A stretch of 64,000 bases of DNA from the human T2T-CHM13v2.0 reference genome, Homo sapiens. The stretch spans positions 17,824,001 to 17,888,000 of the forward strand of contig CP086569.2 of NCBI GenBank assembly GCA_009914755.4. Direction: 5' to 3'. Numbering within the stretch: position 1 is the stretch's first letter; each line of letters opens with the position of its first letter. Under the pieces are notes generated by a model. The model was not told the DNA's origin. It saw only the letters and a program-made list of their open reading frames with translations, and did not search any database. Both the position numbers and the translations under genes were made by a program. This document shows positions 45,497 to 64,000 of this stretch, piece by piece.

Positions 45497-46450
45497 AAAA
45501 TACTGGTGAGATTACGGAGAAAAAGATATGCTTGTACACTGTTGGTGGGAGTGTAAATTAGTTCAGTCTTTGTGAAAGACAGTGTGGCAGTTCCTCAAAT
45601 ATGTAAACATCAAAATACCGTTCAACCCAGAAATCCCATTACTGGGTATATACCCAAAGGAATATAAATTATTCTGGATGTTTACTGCAACACTATTCAA
45701 AATAGGAGGGAAATTGAATTAATCTAAATGCCCATGAGTGATAGACTGGATAAAGAAAATGTGATGACTGGGCATGGTGGCTCACACCAGTAATCCCAGC
45801 ACTTTGGGAGGCTGAGGCAGGCAGATCACAAGGTCAGGAGATTGAGACCATCCTGGCTAACGTGGTGAAATCCCACCTCTACTAACAATACAAAAAATTA
45901 GCCGGGCATGGTGACTTGCACCTGTATTCCCAGCTACTCTGGAGGTTGAGGCAGTAGAATCACTTGAATCTGGGTGGGGGAAGTTGCAGTGAGCCGAGAT
46001 GGTGCCACTGCTCTGGAGCCTGGCAACACAGCAAGACTTTGTCTCAAAAACAAACAAACAAACAAAAAACAAGAACAACAATATATACAAGATGGAATAT
46101 CATGTAGTCATAAAAAAGAATGAGATTATACCCTTTGTGGGATCATGGATGGACCACTATACTTAGCAAACTAATGTGGAACAGAAAAACCAAATACCAC
46201 ATATTCTCATTTATAAGTGGAAACTAAAAGGCAAGAGAATACATGGACACCCAGAAGGGAACAACACATAAGGAGGCCTTTTGGAGACTGGAGGTAGGAG
46301 AAGGGAGAGGCTCAGGAAAAATAATTAATGGATATTAGGCTGAATACCTGAGTGATGAAGTAATCTGTACAACAAACCACCATGATGGAAGTTTACCTAT
46401 GCAACAAACCTGCACATGTGTCCTTGAACTTAAAAGTTTTTTAAAAAATT
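45497..46450 (+). mobile_element. Older L1 3' end (ORF2 C-terminus plus 3'UTR) carrying an Alu insertion
   Basis: ...lvrlrrkrycLYTVGGSVNxfslCERQCGSSSNM-type degenerate ORF2 C-terminus (reading from gtacactgttggtgggagtgtaaattagttcag) is followed by the 3'UTR ...ctgtacaacaaaccaccatgatggaagtttacctatgcaacaaacctgcacatgtgtccttgaacttaaaag. Confidence 0.8.
45766..46082 (+). mobile_element. Alu inserted in the L1 3' region
   Basis: gactgggcatggtggctcacaccagtaatcccagcactttgggagg...gcaagactttgtctcaaaaacaaacaaacaaacaaaaaacaag. Confidence 0.9.
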
Positions 46451-47349
46451 ATCCAGTTTACTGTCATTAATTATTTCATAGCAAACAAACATTGTATTTT
46501 CTTTTTTCCAGTAAGAGAAAATTTCAAGTGACATTCCGGAAATTTGCATTCTTTAGATCTCTTTGTTTCTTCCAATTCTGGTCTTCATTTCAGCTTTAGC
46601 TAAACCCTAGCTCCAGGTCCCATGAGTGACCATCATAGTACGTCCTCTATCTTTGTTTCCTGGTGAGCTCACGTTTGTGTCTCTCTGAAGCACCCAGAAT
46701 TCTTTCACTTGCAATGCCTAAGTCCAGACTTCCTATTCTTTATAGTCCAGAAACTTGAAATTTGCATTTTACAGACCCAAGCATCCATATTGTCTAGGAA
46801 ACTGATGGATATGTCAGAAATAATGTAAGTCAGACTCCATCTCCAAGCCTACTTCTCTTGTATGTAACCCAGCTAGGAATTTATTTAGTTGGTCTTCACT
46901 GATCTGTGGCATTCTTTCTCCTTTCACAACTTTGCACATCAGTCCAGTGTGGATCGAAGTTTAAGAAACCAGAGCCCAAACCAGTAAACATTCTTGTCAT
47001 AGGTCTCATTTCTTCTCACATAGTCTGCTTACTAGAAAGGCATTTTAGATATATCTTCTCATGCGGTTAAATGTCAGTCTTGAAGTTAGTAAAAATGAAT
47101 CATGAACTGTAAGATGTCTGAAGTGTTGCAGATCACTGAAGTTTTGTTCAAGCAATCCTATACCTACCTATTCTAGGCAGATCACAGTTCTATTTGTATA
47201 CACAACCCACCTTGAGCTTGAACATAGGCTTGATAAAGGATATGCACTGAACATCTCTTTAGTCAGTAGAGCAGTTCTTTGCTGAATGCAGTAAACCTGT
47301 TGACACTGAAAGTGTTCTACAAAGAAAGAAACAACATACATTGGGATCT

Positions 47350-47510
47350 ACTTGGGGAGAAGGATGGGAGGAGGGAGAGGAGCAGGAAAGAACTGTTGGG
47401 CATGGGTCTTGATACTAGGATGATAAAATAATCTGTACAACAAAATCCTGTGATGTGTGTTACTGATGTAAAAACCTTCACATGTACCCCCAAACCTAAA
47501 AGTCAAGAAA
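47350..47510 (+). mobile_element. Short L1 3'UTR tail fragment
   Basis: ggatgataaaataatctgtacaacaaaatcctgtgatgtgtgttactgatgtaaaaaccttcacatgtacccccaaacctaaaag resembles the terminal L1 3'UTR. Confidence 0.6.
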
Positions 47511-47674
47511 AAGAGAAAATGTTCTATTACTTTAAGCAAAAACTCTGATTTTGACTTATTAGCAAATTTTAATAATGCCATATTATAATACTCACCATCT
47601 GTTTATTTGTGAGAAAATGACTGTTTAAAGTACTTGGTATTTCTTCAAATGTTACACATAACTAAGATTTAAAG

Positions 47675-48209
47675 CAGTAGTCCCCAAGTTTTTTGGCACC
47701 AGGACCAGTTTAGTGGAAGACAATTTTTCCATGGACAGTGGTGACAGGTTTTGGAGTGGGTGATTTCTGGATGATTCAAGCACATTACATTTATTGTGCA
47801 CTGTATATCTATGATTATTATATTGTAATATATAATGAAATTATATATATACATAAAATATATAATGAAATAAGACACTTCACCATAATGGAATTGGTGG
47901 GAACCCTAAGCTTATTTTCCTGAAACTAGGTGGTCCCATCTAGAGGTGACAAGATACAGTGAAAGATCATCAGGCATTAGATTTTCGTAAAGAAGTTGCA
48001 GCTTATATCCCTTGCATGCACAGTTCATTATGGAGTTATTGCTCATATGAGAATCTACTGCTGCTGCTGATCTGACAGGAGGCAGAGCTCAGACAGTGAT
48101 GTGAGCAATGAGGAGGGACTGTAAATACAGATCTAGCTTTTCTTGTTGAACCACCAATCACAGGCCCTAGACCAGTAGTGGTCCATGGCCCAGGGGCTGG
48201 GGACCCATG
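47675..48209. mobile_element. Non-autonomous DNA transposon (~535 bp) with imperfect terminal inverted repeats and a perfect 8-bp target-site duplication, which suggests hAT
   Basis: The termini are cagtagtccccaagttttttggcaccaggaccagtttagtggaag and ccagtagtggtccatggcccaggggctggggacccatg, which are inverted relative to each other. The flanking direct repeats are atttaaag at 47667-47674 and 48210-48217. The internal sequence (gatcatcaggcattagatt...ctgctgatctgacaggaggcagagctcag) resembles a known human MER-type consensus from memory. Confidence 0.7.
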
Positions 48210-49002
48210 ATTTAAAGCATCCTTGTGTCTTAAATATTGTGCAAATAGCACATGTCTAAAGTTTAGTTCTTAAGCAACAGGTCCTGGGTCAAGTATTCTT
48301 GTGTGGTGAGGTGCTGAGAAAATGCTCCCTGGAGAAACTCATAGAAGGCAAAGACAAGTAGGTAGAGAAGACCAGGAGCCCTCAGTTTGATCCCATAGGG
48401 AACTGTAGAGCCTAAGTGGTCCCAGAGGACATTTCTCAACTAAAACAAATGAAGCAGAGCACATTGGTCAGGCGTGGCTAGTAGTTGACTTAGGGTGTGC
48501 CCAGGAGTATCAACTCCCAGGGATCTCCAGGTAAGGAAGAAGCAAATAAATGGTTCTCTTAAAAATAGTGCAGGTATGAATTTGTAGTAGCAATAGCACA
48601 GCATCTCTATGAAGAGGATTTGCATGGAGAACCCAGCTTCTAGTAGCATGAAAAGTCTATTTTCAGCCTCAATTTTATGTGGTCTATAAAACTCTATCGG
48701 TACACAGCCTCTTGACTTACTCTTGAATAAAATGCCATTTCCTAGCCAGAGTTTCTCTTTCTCCAAGGTATTCAGCTGCTTTCTTCCTATGTCTTCACTT
48801 GTTACTTCGAGTTTGGCACAAGCAATTAATTTCTGTCTCTGAATGCAACCCTGTTTAATTCACCAAGGAGATATGCCTCTTAAGAGCATTTTAGCCTCAC
48901 AATTAACACATAGTTTTTTAGTGGGTTTATAATCTGCTTCTCCTCAAGAAGAAGAAAAATCAGGATGAAAGCCCCCTGCAATTATTCATGGTATTACTAT
49001 AA

Positions 49003-49788
<786 letters not shown>

Positions 49789-49792
49789 TTAA

Positions 49793-50143
<351 letters not shown>

Positions 50144-51611
50144 CATGTCTCTTCATTTTTAAAATTTGAAATCTGCTTTGTTGTCATGTTTAGGAAATGC
50201 TCCAATGACATATATTCCTCATTTTATTTTTATACTCACTTTCCACACAGAGTAACAGATTTTATTTGCAATTCTACCTATTTAAATTGCAGGTTACTAT
50301 GAAAATTAGACCAGACTAGACATTTTCAGGCTTTGCAGCATGTAAGAATAAATTGGATGAACCATTCTACTTGGAGATTCTATGTCCTCATGTGGAGCAA
50401 GACTAGCTCTATCAGAGTGGTTGGAACAAGGATGGGTCTATTTAACAGTTAGTCCCATGTGATTGTGCAGTGAGTTGCCCATGGTGCAAATACTAAGACC
50501 TGCTGTGAGGGGATCAGTTTTAGGAAGACAAAGGATCATCTAACTTGTTTGCATTTTCTTAGTTGCATTAATGGGTGCTGAAATAACATTTTTTTCCCCT
50601 TAAATAGACCGTGGATAATCAATGCTTCCCTCATTCTCATGAAATCAAGCAGAGCAAAACCGTAAAATCCTTTCATTTCCTATTTGCATGTAAAGGTCTG
50701 GGTCAGGTTTTCCTGCCCTGATAAATGTGTGGCCTTCCTGTTTTTACTATTTTCCACATTTTCTGAATCTTATGAGATTTCTGCTTTGCATAATGTTGCA
50801 CTACATGATATGTGTCCTGTTGCTTTCCAAACTTTTCATGTTTCAAACTTATTATCCTCAGTACTGTATTTTGTTTTACTCACAGCTCATTCATGGATAA
50901 CTTACTTACACTTATATGCCCCTCCATATGACAGTGAACTCCTATTCATCCCTCAAAAACCTAAATAGCTAGTACCATCTCTGGAAAGTTATTTTCTTAT
51001 ACATTATCTCTTCATTCATCCCTGTATACCTCTTTATTTTATTTTTTCTGTCTGTACTCTCCCTATAATTTCAGTATTTCCATGTCTGCACTCATTTATT
51101 GAACATGAACGTGCATATCACCCCTCTAAAACTGCAAGAGGTGTTGGAGGGACATTATTTATTTTTCTGTTTATTCATTCATTTACTTACACATTTGCCT
51201 TATTTTCAGTGGTTAGTATATTGTCTGGTATATGGTAGGGATATAATTTTTTAGTTGAATTTATCTAAATCATCTTGTATCAGCAGTCATTGGCTGTTAC
51301 AGTTGAGAGATTGGGCCCTACTCGTGTCCAGTTTGTAGAGACCAGGGGTGATGATAAAAATCCTACACTGTACAGTACAGTCCCCCTAGCAAACAATCAT
51401 TGGGTCCAAAATGTCACCTGGCCAGAGGTGAGAATTCCTGACTGTGTTGTGTGCTTCCTGATGGTAAGCTCTACATAACTTGTAAGTTATGTTAGAAGTC
51501 ACATAATTCGAGATTTTTGCAAAGAACACAATGAAGTATACTTCCAGAGTAGTGACAAGACAATGTGCCAAAGTCAATCTTATTAAATAAGTTGATGTCT
51601 GTTAATTCTGA

Positions 51612-52121
51612 TGATAGTTTATTTTGCTGTGCAGAAGCTCTTTAGTTTGATTATATCCCATTTGTCAATTTTGGCTTTTGTTGCCATTGCTTTTGGTGTT
51701 TTAGTTATGAGGTATTTTTTCATGCCTATGTCGTGAATGGTATTGCCTATGCTTGCTTCTAGGGTTTTTTATGGTTTTGGATTTTGCCTTTAAGTCTTTA
51801 ATCCATCTTGAGTTAATTTTTGTATAAGGTGGAAGGAAGGGGTCTGGTTTCTGTTTTCTGCATATGGCTAGCCAGTTTTCACAGCACAATTTATTAAATA
51901 GGGAATCTTCACCATTGCTTGTTTTTGTCAGGTTTTATGGAGGTAAGATGGTTGTAGATATGTGGTGTTATTTCTGAAGTCTCTGTTCTGTTCCATTGAT
52001 CTGTATATCTGTTTTGGTACCAGTACCATGTTGTTTTGCTTACTGTAGCCTTGTAGTATAGTTTGAAATCAGGTAGCATGATGCCTTCAGCTTTGTTCTT
52101 TCTGCTTAGTACTGTGTTTTC
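51612..52121 (-). mobile_element. Older L1 ORF2 fragment, left arm, interrupted by the younger L1
   Basis: tgatagtttattttgctgtgcagaagctctttagtttgattatatcccatttgtcaattttggcttttgttgccattgc... is collinear with reverse-complemented L1 ORF2 up to ...gctttgttctttctgcttagtactgtgttttc. Confidence 0.8.
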
Positions 52122-56820
<4,699 letters not shown>

Positions 56821-56925
56821 TTATTTGATTCCACATAAAATTTAGAGTAGTTTTTTCTAAATCTGTGAGGAAAGTCAATGGTAGTTTGATGGGAATATAC
56901 TTGGTGATAGATTGATTAATTGCAT
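56821..56925 (-). mobile_element. Older L1 ORF2 fragment, right arm, continuing the 51612-52121 fragment
   Basis: ttatttgattccacataaaatttagagtagttttttctaaatctgtgaggaaagtcaatggtagtttgatgggaata matches L1 ...tttggttccatatgaactttaaagtagtttttccaattctgtgaagaaagtcattggtagcttgatgggaatag, which directly follows the left arm's end in the L1 consensus. Confidence 0.75.
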
Positions 56926-57164
56926 AATTGAAGAATTAATTTTTTTTGTAAAAATTTTATGTGAGGTTTTTGAAGATGTATGTCGGCTATATGCTAGAAG
57001 AATCTCATTCATTGCCTTCATTTTCAGAGTAAAATCCAGTGAACTTTGTCTGATATAGTTCATTCCTCCTTCATAGCCTTATCTCATGTTAGCAACAAAT
57101 CCAAGGATATTTCTTCCATATGCCATATTCTCACTCACTTGAGTCAGAAGAATAGTATAAAATT

Positions 57165-57195
57165 TTTGTTTTGTTTTGTTTTGTTTTGCATTTTG
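57165..57195. repeat. (GTTTT)n microsatellite
   Basis: gttttgttttgttttgttttgttttgc. Confidence 0.9.
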
Positions 57196-58477
57196 CTTTT
57201 ATTGATTCTACATTCTTTCTGACAAAGTGAAGAATATACCAAAAGGGAAAATTCAGCAAGTATTTCCAATGGAACAATCTCAGAGCTGTGTTGGAAATGG
57301 GAAAAGTCTGCCATTATGATGATATAGTTCTGCCTTCCCCATGGGACAACACAGGCAAAATTAGTTTTGGATTTATTTATTCTGTGTTATTTACAAGATT
57401 TGAAATACTTGTAACATTAACAACTCAACTCTTACCGAATGCTGAAAGATGCATTCATTTAGCCTTCACGTATACTTGAAGGTAAGCAGGCGATACGTGT
57501 TATTAAGAGAGGAACCATCTCAGCTCTCACAAATTATGCAGATCCGAGGAAGAATGAGAGATTTAATCCTTACATTATATTAAGTGTGCTGATGAGAGAT
57601 CATACCTGATCAAGTCTGGTGAGTCAAATAAGGTTCGCAGAAATGAAAGATGGCTGAACAGCATGCAGAAAAGGTTGAGTGTAGCCTTGAGTAGAAGTTG
57701 AGTACCAAGGAAATAGTCAAGCTGTTATTAAACAATAAAACATGTTCCTCTATGAGGGCAATCTCAACATGTTTTATGGGCCAAATAATGTCCTATATGG
57801 CTGATATTTAGCACGCTAGAGGGATGGGAAAAAGTACGAGGAAGAATTATGTCATGGGAGCAGTAGGCAGAAGGCTTTGTAGTATTCCAGAAGACCTGAT
57901 TCACATGAAAATAATTCACATGGAAAGAAATGTGGACATTTTTAGCGTGGGAGTAGTGTGATTCATGCTCTGTCTTAGAAGGACAACTCCGGGTACATAA
58001 TGTTGACTGGTTTGGATGGGAAGGAAGATGGCACCAATGAGAAGAAAGTGGATGCTCTTTTTAGCATCAACCAGGCTTCCTCTGATCTTTGCAACCTTCT
58101 TATTGTAGTAATGTGATATAGTAGTGGTTAGAGTGTATGAGTGTCATGGGTAGGCATGTAAGAAACAGATGTGTTCACATGGTATTTACCAAGTGGAATT
58201 GACAGGATCTGCTGACGCATAGGGTCTCAGATGAGGGAAGACAGCAGGGTCCAGAAAAAAATCTTGTGAGCTTTTGACTAGGAAAGGGATAGCAAAGACA
58301 TGAATTGAGACAATGTACACCAGGGTGGCAATAATCACCTGTGGCATAATGGCAAAGAGGGTTAGATGATGCACTTGGTCAGGTCAGTTAAAGAGGAAGA
58401 AGACATCCAAGTTAGGATGTCCTTTAGGTGGTAGAAAATGAGGTGTTGTTTTTTTATTTTTATTTTTATTTTTTTAC

Positions 58478-59000
58478 ATGTTGTGTAGATATACAGTGGG
58501 ATTTCATTCAGCTTTAAAATAGAAAGAACCAGTGTCATCTGCAACAGCATGAATGAAACTGGAGAACATTAAGTGAAATAAGCCATCCATAGAGAGACAA
58601 ATACCACAAAATCTAACTTATAATGTGAAATTTGAAAAAATCAAACTCATAGAAGTAGAGAATAGATGGTAGTTACCAAGTACTGGGGTGGAAGCCTTGG
58701 GGAGATATTGGTCAAAGCATACAAATTACAAATTAGATGACAAGAATAAGTTTGATAGATCTATTGCACAGCATGGTGACTATAGTTAATTATAGCATAA
58801 TGTATATGTCAAAATTACTAAAACAGTAGATCTTAAATGTTCTCACCAAATGATAGGTTTTTGAAGAGTTGAAGATGTTAATTAGCTTAATTTAATCATG
58901 ATATATACATATATATGGATATTAAGGCCTCCCATTGCAACCTATAAATATATACAATTATTGCCAATTAAAAACAAAATAAAATAATACTTTTAAAAGC
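58478..59000 (+). mobile_element. Ancient L1 (L1M-type) 3' end
   Basis: ...ctggagaacattaagtgaaataagccatccatagagagacaaataccacaaaatctaacttataatgtgaaatttgaaaaaatcaaactcatagaagtagagaatagatggtagttaccaag...gcacagcatggtgactatagttaattatagcataatgtatatgtcaaaattactaaaacagtagatcttaaatgttctcacc... matches the conserved L1M 3' end region from memory. Confidence 0.7.
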
Positions 59001-59004
59001 TCTA

Positions 59005-59300
59005 GGCCAGGTGCAGTGGCTCATGCCTGTAATCCCAGCGTTTTGAGAGGCCAAGGCAGGTCGATCACCTGAGTTCAGGTGTTTGAGACCAGCCTGGCCA
59101 ACAGGGCAAAAACTCACCTCTACTAAAAATAAAAAAAAAATAAGCTGGGCATGGTGACAGGCACCTGTAATCCCCGCTACTTGGGAGACTGAGGCAGGAG
59201 AATTACTTGAATCTGGGAAGTGGAGGTTGCAGTGTGCTGAGATAGTGCCACTGCTTTCCAGCCTGGGTGACAGAACCAGACTCTGTCTCAAAACAAAAAG
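59005..59300 (+). mobile_element. Alu inserted just after the L1M 3' end
   Basis: ggccaggtgcagtggctcatgcctgtaatcccagcgttttgagagg...cagactctgtctcaaaacaaaaag. The approximate target-site duplication is aagctct. Confidence 0.95.
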
Positions 59301-59820
59301 AAGCTCTGAAAAGGTAACTTGAGGTTTCAGAATAATATACACTTTTCCTTCCTTCATGTAATTTTTTAAATCTTTAAACAACCAATTTATTTAATTAGAA
59401 AGCCACAAACATGCAAATGGCAGGTGTATAGAAATTTATTTGAATCAACATTTTCATTGTGGTGAAAATTATTTTTCAACATTGATCCAAGCTCCCACAT
59501 CTGAAGGTTAGGGAAAATATTGAACTTTGCACTTTCTAATACTCCTCATACAGCACAAAAACTTTTAAAAACATTCTGCTAGTTTTGTTTTATAGTTTAG
59601 TTTTGTTTTATAGTTTAGTTTTGTTTTATACCATCACCCAAATTCATGCCTTCATGTAATTTTTTAAATGTTTTCTCTAGAGGTTTTCATCATCTTGAGT
59701 GAAGAGACCTGGATTTGCCAATTTCTTGTGAAAGTACTTGAACTTGAGGAAGACAACTGGAAAATATTACCTGTTATTTCCTATCATGAAAATGAACTTG
59801 AAGCAGAATCTTGCCATTCT

Positions 59821-60118
<298 letters not shown>

Positions 60119-60819
60119 AACATCTCTGTAGAACAATTGACCTCCCAGTAGTAAGATTAGACAAGGTCAATATGTGGTCACAATTGGTATGAGCAATATT
60201 TCTTCAGTGTAAGACATTTCTGCATTATTTAATTGGCCCTAACTATTGGACAACTATGTCTTTCATTTAGCCTGTCTTCATTGAACTCCATGTTCTTAGG
60301 AAAATGTGTGTTGTTTGCATATTTTTTCCAAACAATCTTTGAATATTTTAAGACAAGGGTATTTTCCTCATATTGCTTTATTAACTTTATATGAGTAGGC
60401 TGATTTTCCAAAAACTGGGTACTGTATACAGTTGTACTGCTAATTATTGCTTTTCTGGAAAGATATTTGGAGTGCTTGGGGGAAAATTATGTTGGCATGA
60501 AGCTGTTTGGTTGTAGTACCTAAAATGGGAAAAAGATGCTTCAATTCTTTTTTTCAAATACTGTTATGGGATGATAAAGTCTGGAGATCTGGGTTCAAAC
60601 AGCAGCAATCTTGATAATTTGGTGGATCATTCTTTGTTTTGACATTATACTGTCCCATTCATTTGTCCTGGATCATTCTTTGTTGTGGCATTATACTGTC
60701 TCATGCACTGTGGGATGTTTATCTCCCTTCCTGCCCTCTACACACTGGAAGCAAATAGCACCCCTCACTCTGAACCTTGCCAAGGAAAAATGTCTCAAGA
60801 TTAAAATTAAAAGTCAGGA

Positions 60820-61080
60820 AGGAAGGCATCCAAGTTAGGATGTCCTCTAGGTGGTAAAAGGAGAGTAGAACAATGATGCATATATACACAATAGGATTTT
60901 ATCAGCCTTAAAATACAAGAAAATTCTGTCATATGTAAAGGCATGGATAAAGCTGGAAGACATCATGCTAGGTGAAACAAGCCAGGCACAGAGAGACCAA
61001 TACCACATGATCTCACTTATATGTGGAATCTGAAAAAGTCAAACTCATAGAAGTAGAGAGTAGAAATGACCCAGTGGGGA
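60820..61080 (+). mobile_element. Second partial copy of the same ancient L1M-type 3' end region
   Basis: catccaagttaggatgtcctctaggtgg...ctggaagacatcatgctaggtgaaacaagccaggcacagagagaccaataccacatgatctcacttatatgtggaatctgaaaaagtcaaactcatagaagtagagagtagaaatgac is paralogous to 58400-58680. Confidence 0.65.
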
Positions 61081-61971
61081 TTCCGTTGCCAGGTTTGGCA
61101 AATAAACAGAGCAAGTTAATTTTGAATATCAGGAAAACATGAGTAATTATTTAGCATATGTATGTCCCTTGCAATATTTTGTCTGGAAAGCCCACCTGCT
61201 GTATAAACATCACATGCAGCTTGCTATACTTGTTTCTTTCTCAGTACATTTACAAATATCTCAGGATCTCAGTTCTTGCGGGAAGACAAGGCATTCTGCA
61301 TTAGGAGAGTACTCAACATTATTCAACCTGTATATTTTTAGGTAGTATCACAAATTCAAAACAATCAAGTGCCCACATTCTCCCCATTTATTGTTAATTG
61401 AATATTTTTCACCTTCCCTTATACACCAAACTCAGATGGTGTTAAACGCTGATATTTGCTAAATTAACCCATGTCTTGAGGAGGATGTTGTATGGCAAAT
61501 TTCTCAATGACCCTTTAGAAATCTTCTTGTGGGAAATGGCTGAAAATTCTAATTATATGTTACGGGCTTGATAAATTTCTTGTCTGTAATAGTTTTTCCA
61601 CCAGATTATTTCTGCTGGGAAATCTTCATTTGGTAAAAATAAAGTGTATTCTTTTGCTTGAGGAAGAGAGTGGCCTTTATCTTCCAGCCTGCTGGTCCTA
61701 ATCTAATTACGTGGTGTGAAGAGCCATTTTGAGCAGTGAGACCAGACTGCACTGGCAATGAGTAATAACTCCTAACACAACAGCCAACAGACTCACAAAA
61801 TTAAAAGGTACATTCACAGACTGCACTGGCAATAGGTAATAACTCCTAACACAACAGCCAGCAGACTCACAAAATTAAAAGGTATCATTTCACATTTCTG
61901 GCAAGTTTTACAGCTGATGTAAACATCAAGTAGTTTTTACTCAGAGATTAATGCATAAAGTAGATGCATAA

Positions 61972-62333
<362 letters not shown>

Positions 62334-62517
62334 TGTGTCTATCTCCATTCCCTGAAACTCTGAACATAGAAAGAACTCAATAAATGCTAATTGCTAAATG
62401 GAGATTAAAATAGAGGGTCTCCATCTTAAGCAGAAGCTTATACTTTTCTCCTGGTGAATCACATGATTCTTAGCCTTTCTCCTGTTTTCTTTCTACAAAA
62501 TAAATTGTCTGTATCTA

Positions 62518-62925
62518 TGATAGTGATGATGGTGATGATGGTGACAGTGATGTTGATGATGGTGATGATGACGGTTATAATGACGATAGTGATGGTGATG
62601 ATGGTAATGATGGTGATGCTCATGGTAGTGACTATGATGTTAATGGTGATGGTGATGATGGTGGTGGTGATATCAATTACGGTTATGGTAATGATAATAA
62701 TGGCAGTGATGATGGTAATAACGATAATGATAATGTTGATGATCATGATGGTGGTGCTGGTGATAATGATAGTAATGATGGGGATGGTGATGATGGTGGT
62801 GATGGTGATGGTAATGGTAATGATAATTATGATGATGATAATAACAATGGCAATGGGATGATAATGATGATGATGATGGTGACAATGTTGGTAATGATAA
62901 TGATAAAAATGAGATGATGCTTTTA
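62518..62925. repeat. (GATGGT)/(GATGAT)-type minisatellite (~400 bp, degenerate hexamer or nonamer units)
   Basis: gatagtgatgatggtgatgatggtgacagtgatgttgatgatggtgatgatgacgg...gatggtggtgatggtgatggtaatggtaatgataat... Confidence 0.95.
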
Positions 62926-63040
62926 TCTATGTTTCATTTATTTATTTAAAATTTTAACAAGCTTTTAGGAAGTATTCTGCACTAAGATTTTTAGCAACTT
63001 AAAACACCCCATGCACAAGTCTAAAATCTTTTTAAGGAAG

Positions 63041-63467
<427 letters not shown>

Positions 63468-64000
63468 CTATATGTATCTGTACTAGTTCATGCTATGCTC
63501 TAGTCCCAGCATTTTATCTCTCCTTTGTAACACATTGTTTCATCAGGCTTATTCATCTCTGATGTGAAACCACTCTACTCTCTCTAGCAAATAATGGCTA
63601 GCTGTAATGACTACCCACTAGCTGTAATGACTTTGCCCGTTCCTCACCTTTATTTAAATTCTTTCTATCATTCAAAAATGATTCCTCAACATCGGCCTCC
63701 TCTGATTTCCACATCCAACCTACATCGATATGCTTTCCTTTAGGACACACTATTTCTGGGGTCTAGTTTGGATGGAATTACAAACAAACTAATTTACCTT
63801 GGCGCTTAGCAATTCCATTAATATATGCATTAATTTAACCATCTAATATAACATACAAATAAGCAACTGGGTTTGGATGACCAGAAAAATTGAAAGAGAA
63901 AGGATCTATGTGTTTGTATTTTTAACTTTTAATCAATAGATATAAGCAATTTTTTAAAATTCTGCCTCATAAATTTAGGATAGAAATGAATGAAAAGCAA

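Noticed and set aside
59352-59672. A 21-bp direct repeat, ccttcatgtaattttttaaat, flanking a ~270-bp segment
   Set aside because: It could be the TSD of a small insertion or a local duplication. The intervening sequence has no recognisable transposon features, so I could not support either reading.
62454-62885. A 135-aa Met/Val-rich ORF on the + strand, plus His-rich (70 aa) and Ile/Thr-rich (95 aa) ORFs on the - strand
   Set aside because: All are translations of the GATGGT/GATGAT minisatellite. They are low-complexity with no start context and no flanking gene structure.

Overview
This window is primate (human or great-ape-like) genomic DNA dominated by interspersed repeats; the features I can support cover over 60% of it. 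I find no convincing host protein-coding exon, CpG island, tRNA or rRNA. The supportable content is roughly 30 Alu copies on both strands, from old AluJ/S to one CpG-rich AluY-like copy, and several L1 elements. These include two ~5-6 kb 5'UTR-containing L1PA-type copies on the + strand, a 4.7 kb 5'-truncated L1PA nested in an older L1 on the - strand, and several 3'-end fragments. There is also one solitary LTR-like element, two non-autonomous DNA transposons, and many simple repeats and minisatellites. The most notable structure is a ~6.3 kb deleted HERV-K (HML supergroup, betaretrovirus-like) provirus at 36179-42450, which sits inside ORF2 of the second L1. It has two ~1 kb LTRs, a Lys-type PBS, a PPT, and recognisable gag, RNaseH, integrase and env remnants, flanked by a 6-bp GTATTG target-site duplication. 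Its gag remnant carries an in-frame ~54-bp tandem repeat array. Every long ORF in the supplied track is a retroelement ORF or a translation of a repeat. I see no prokaryotic-type system, CRISPR array or novel gene cassette here. The findings below are structural observations about nested transposition, repeat birth and small rearrangements.
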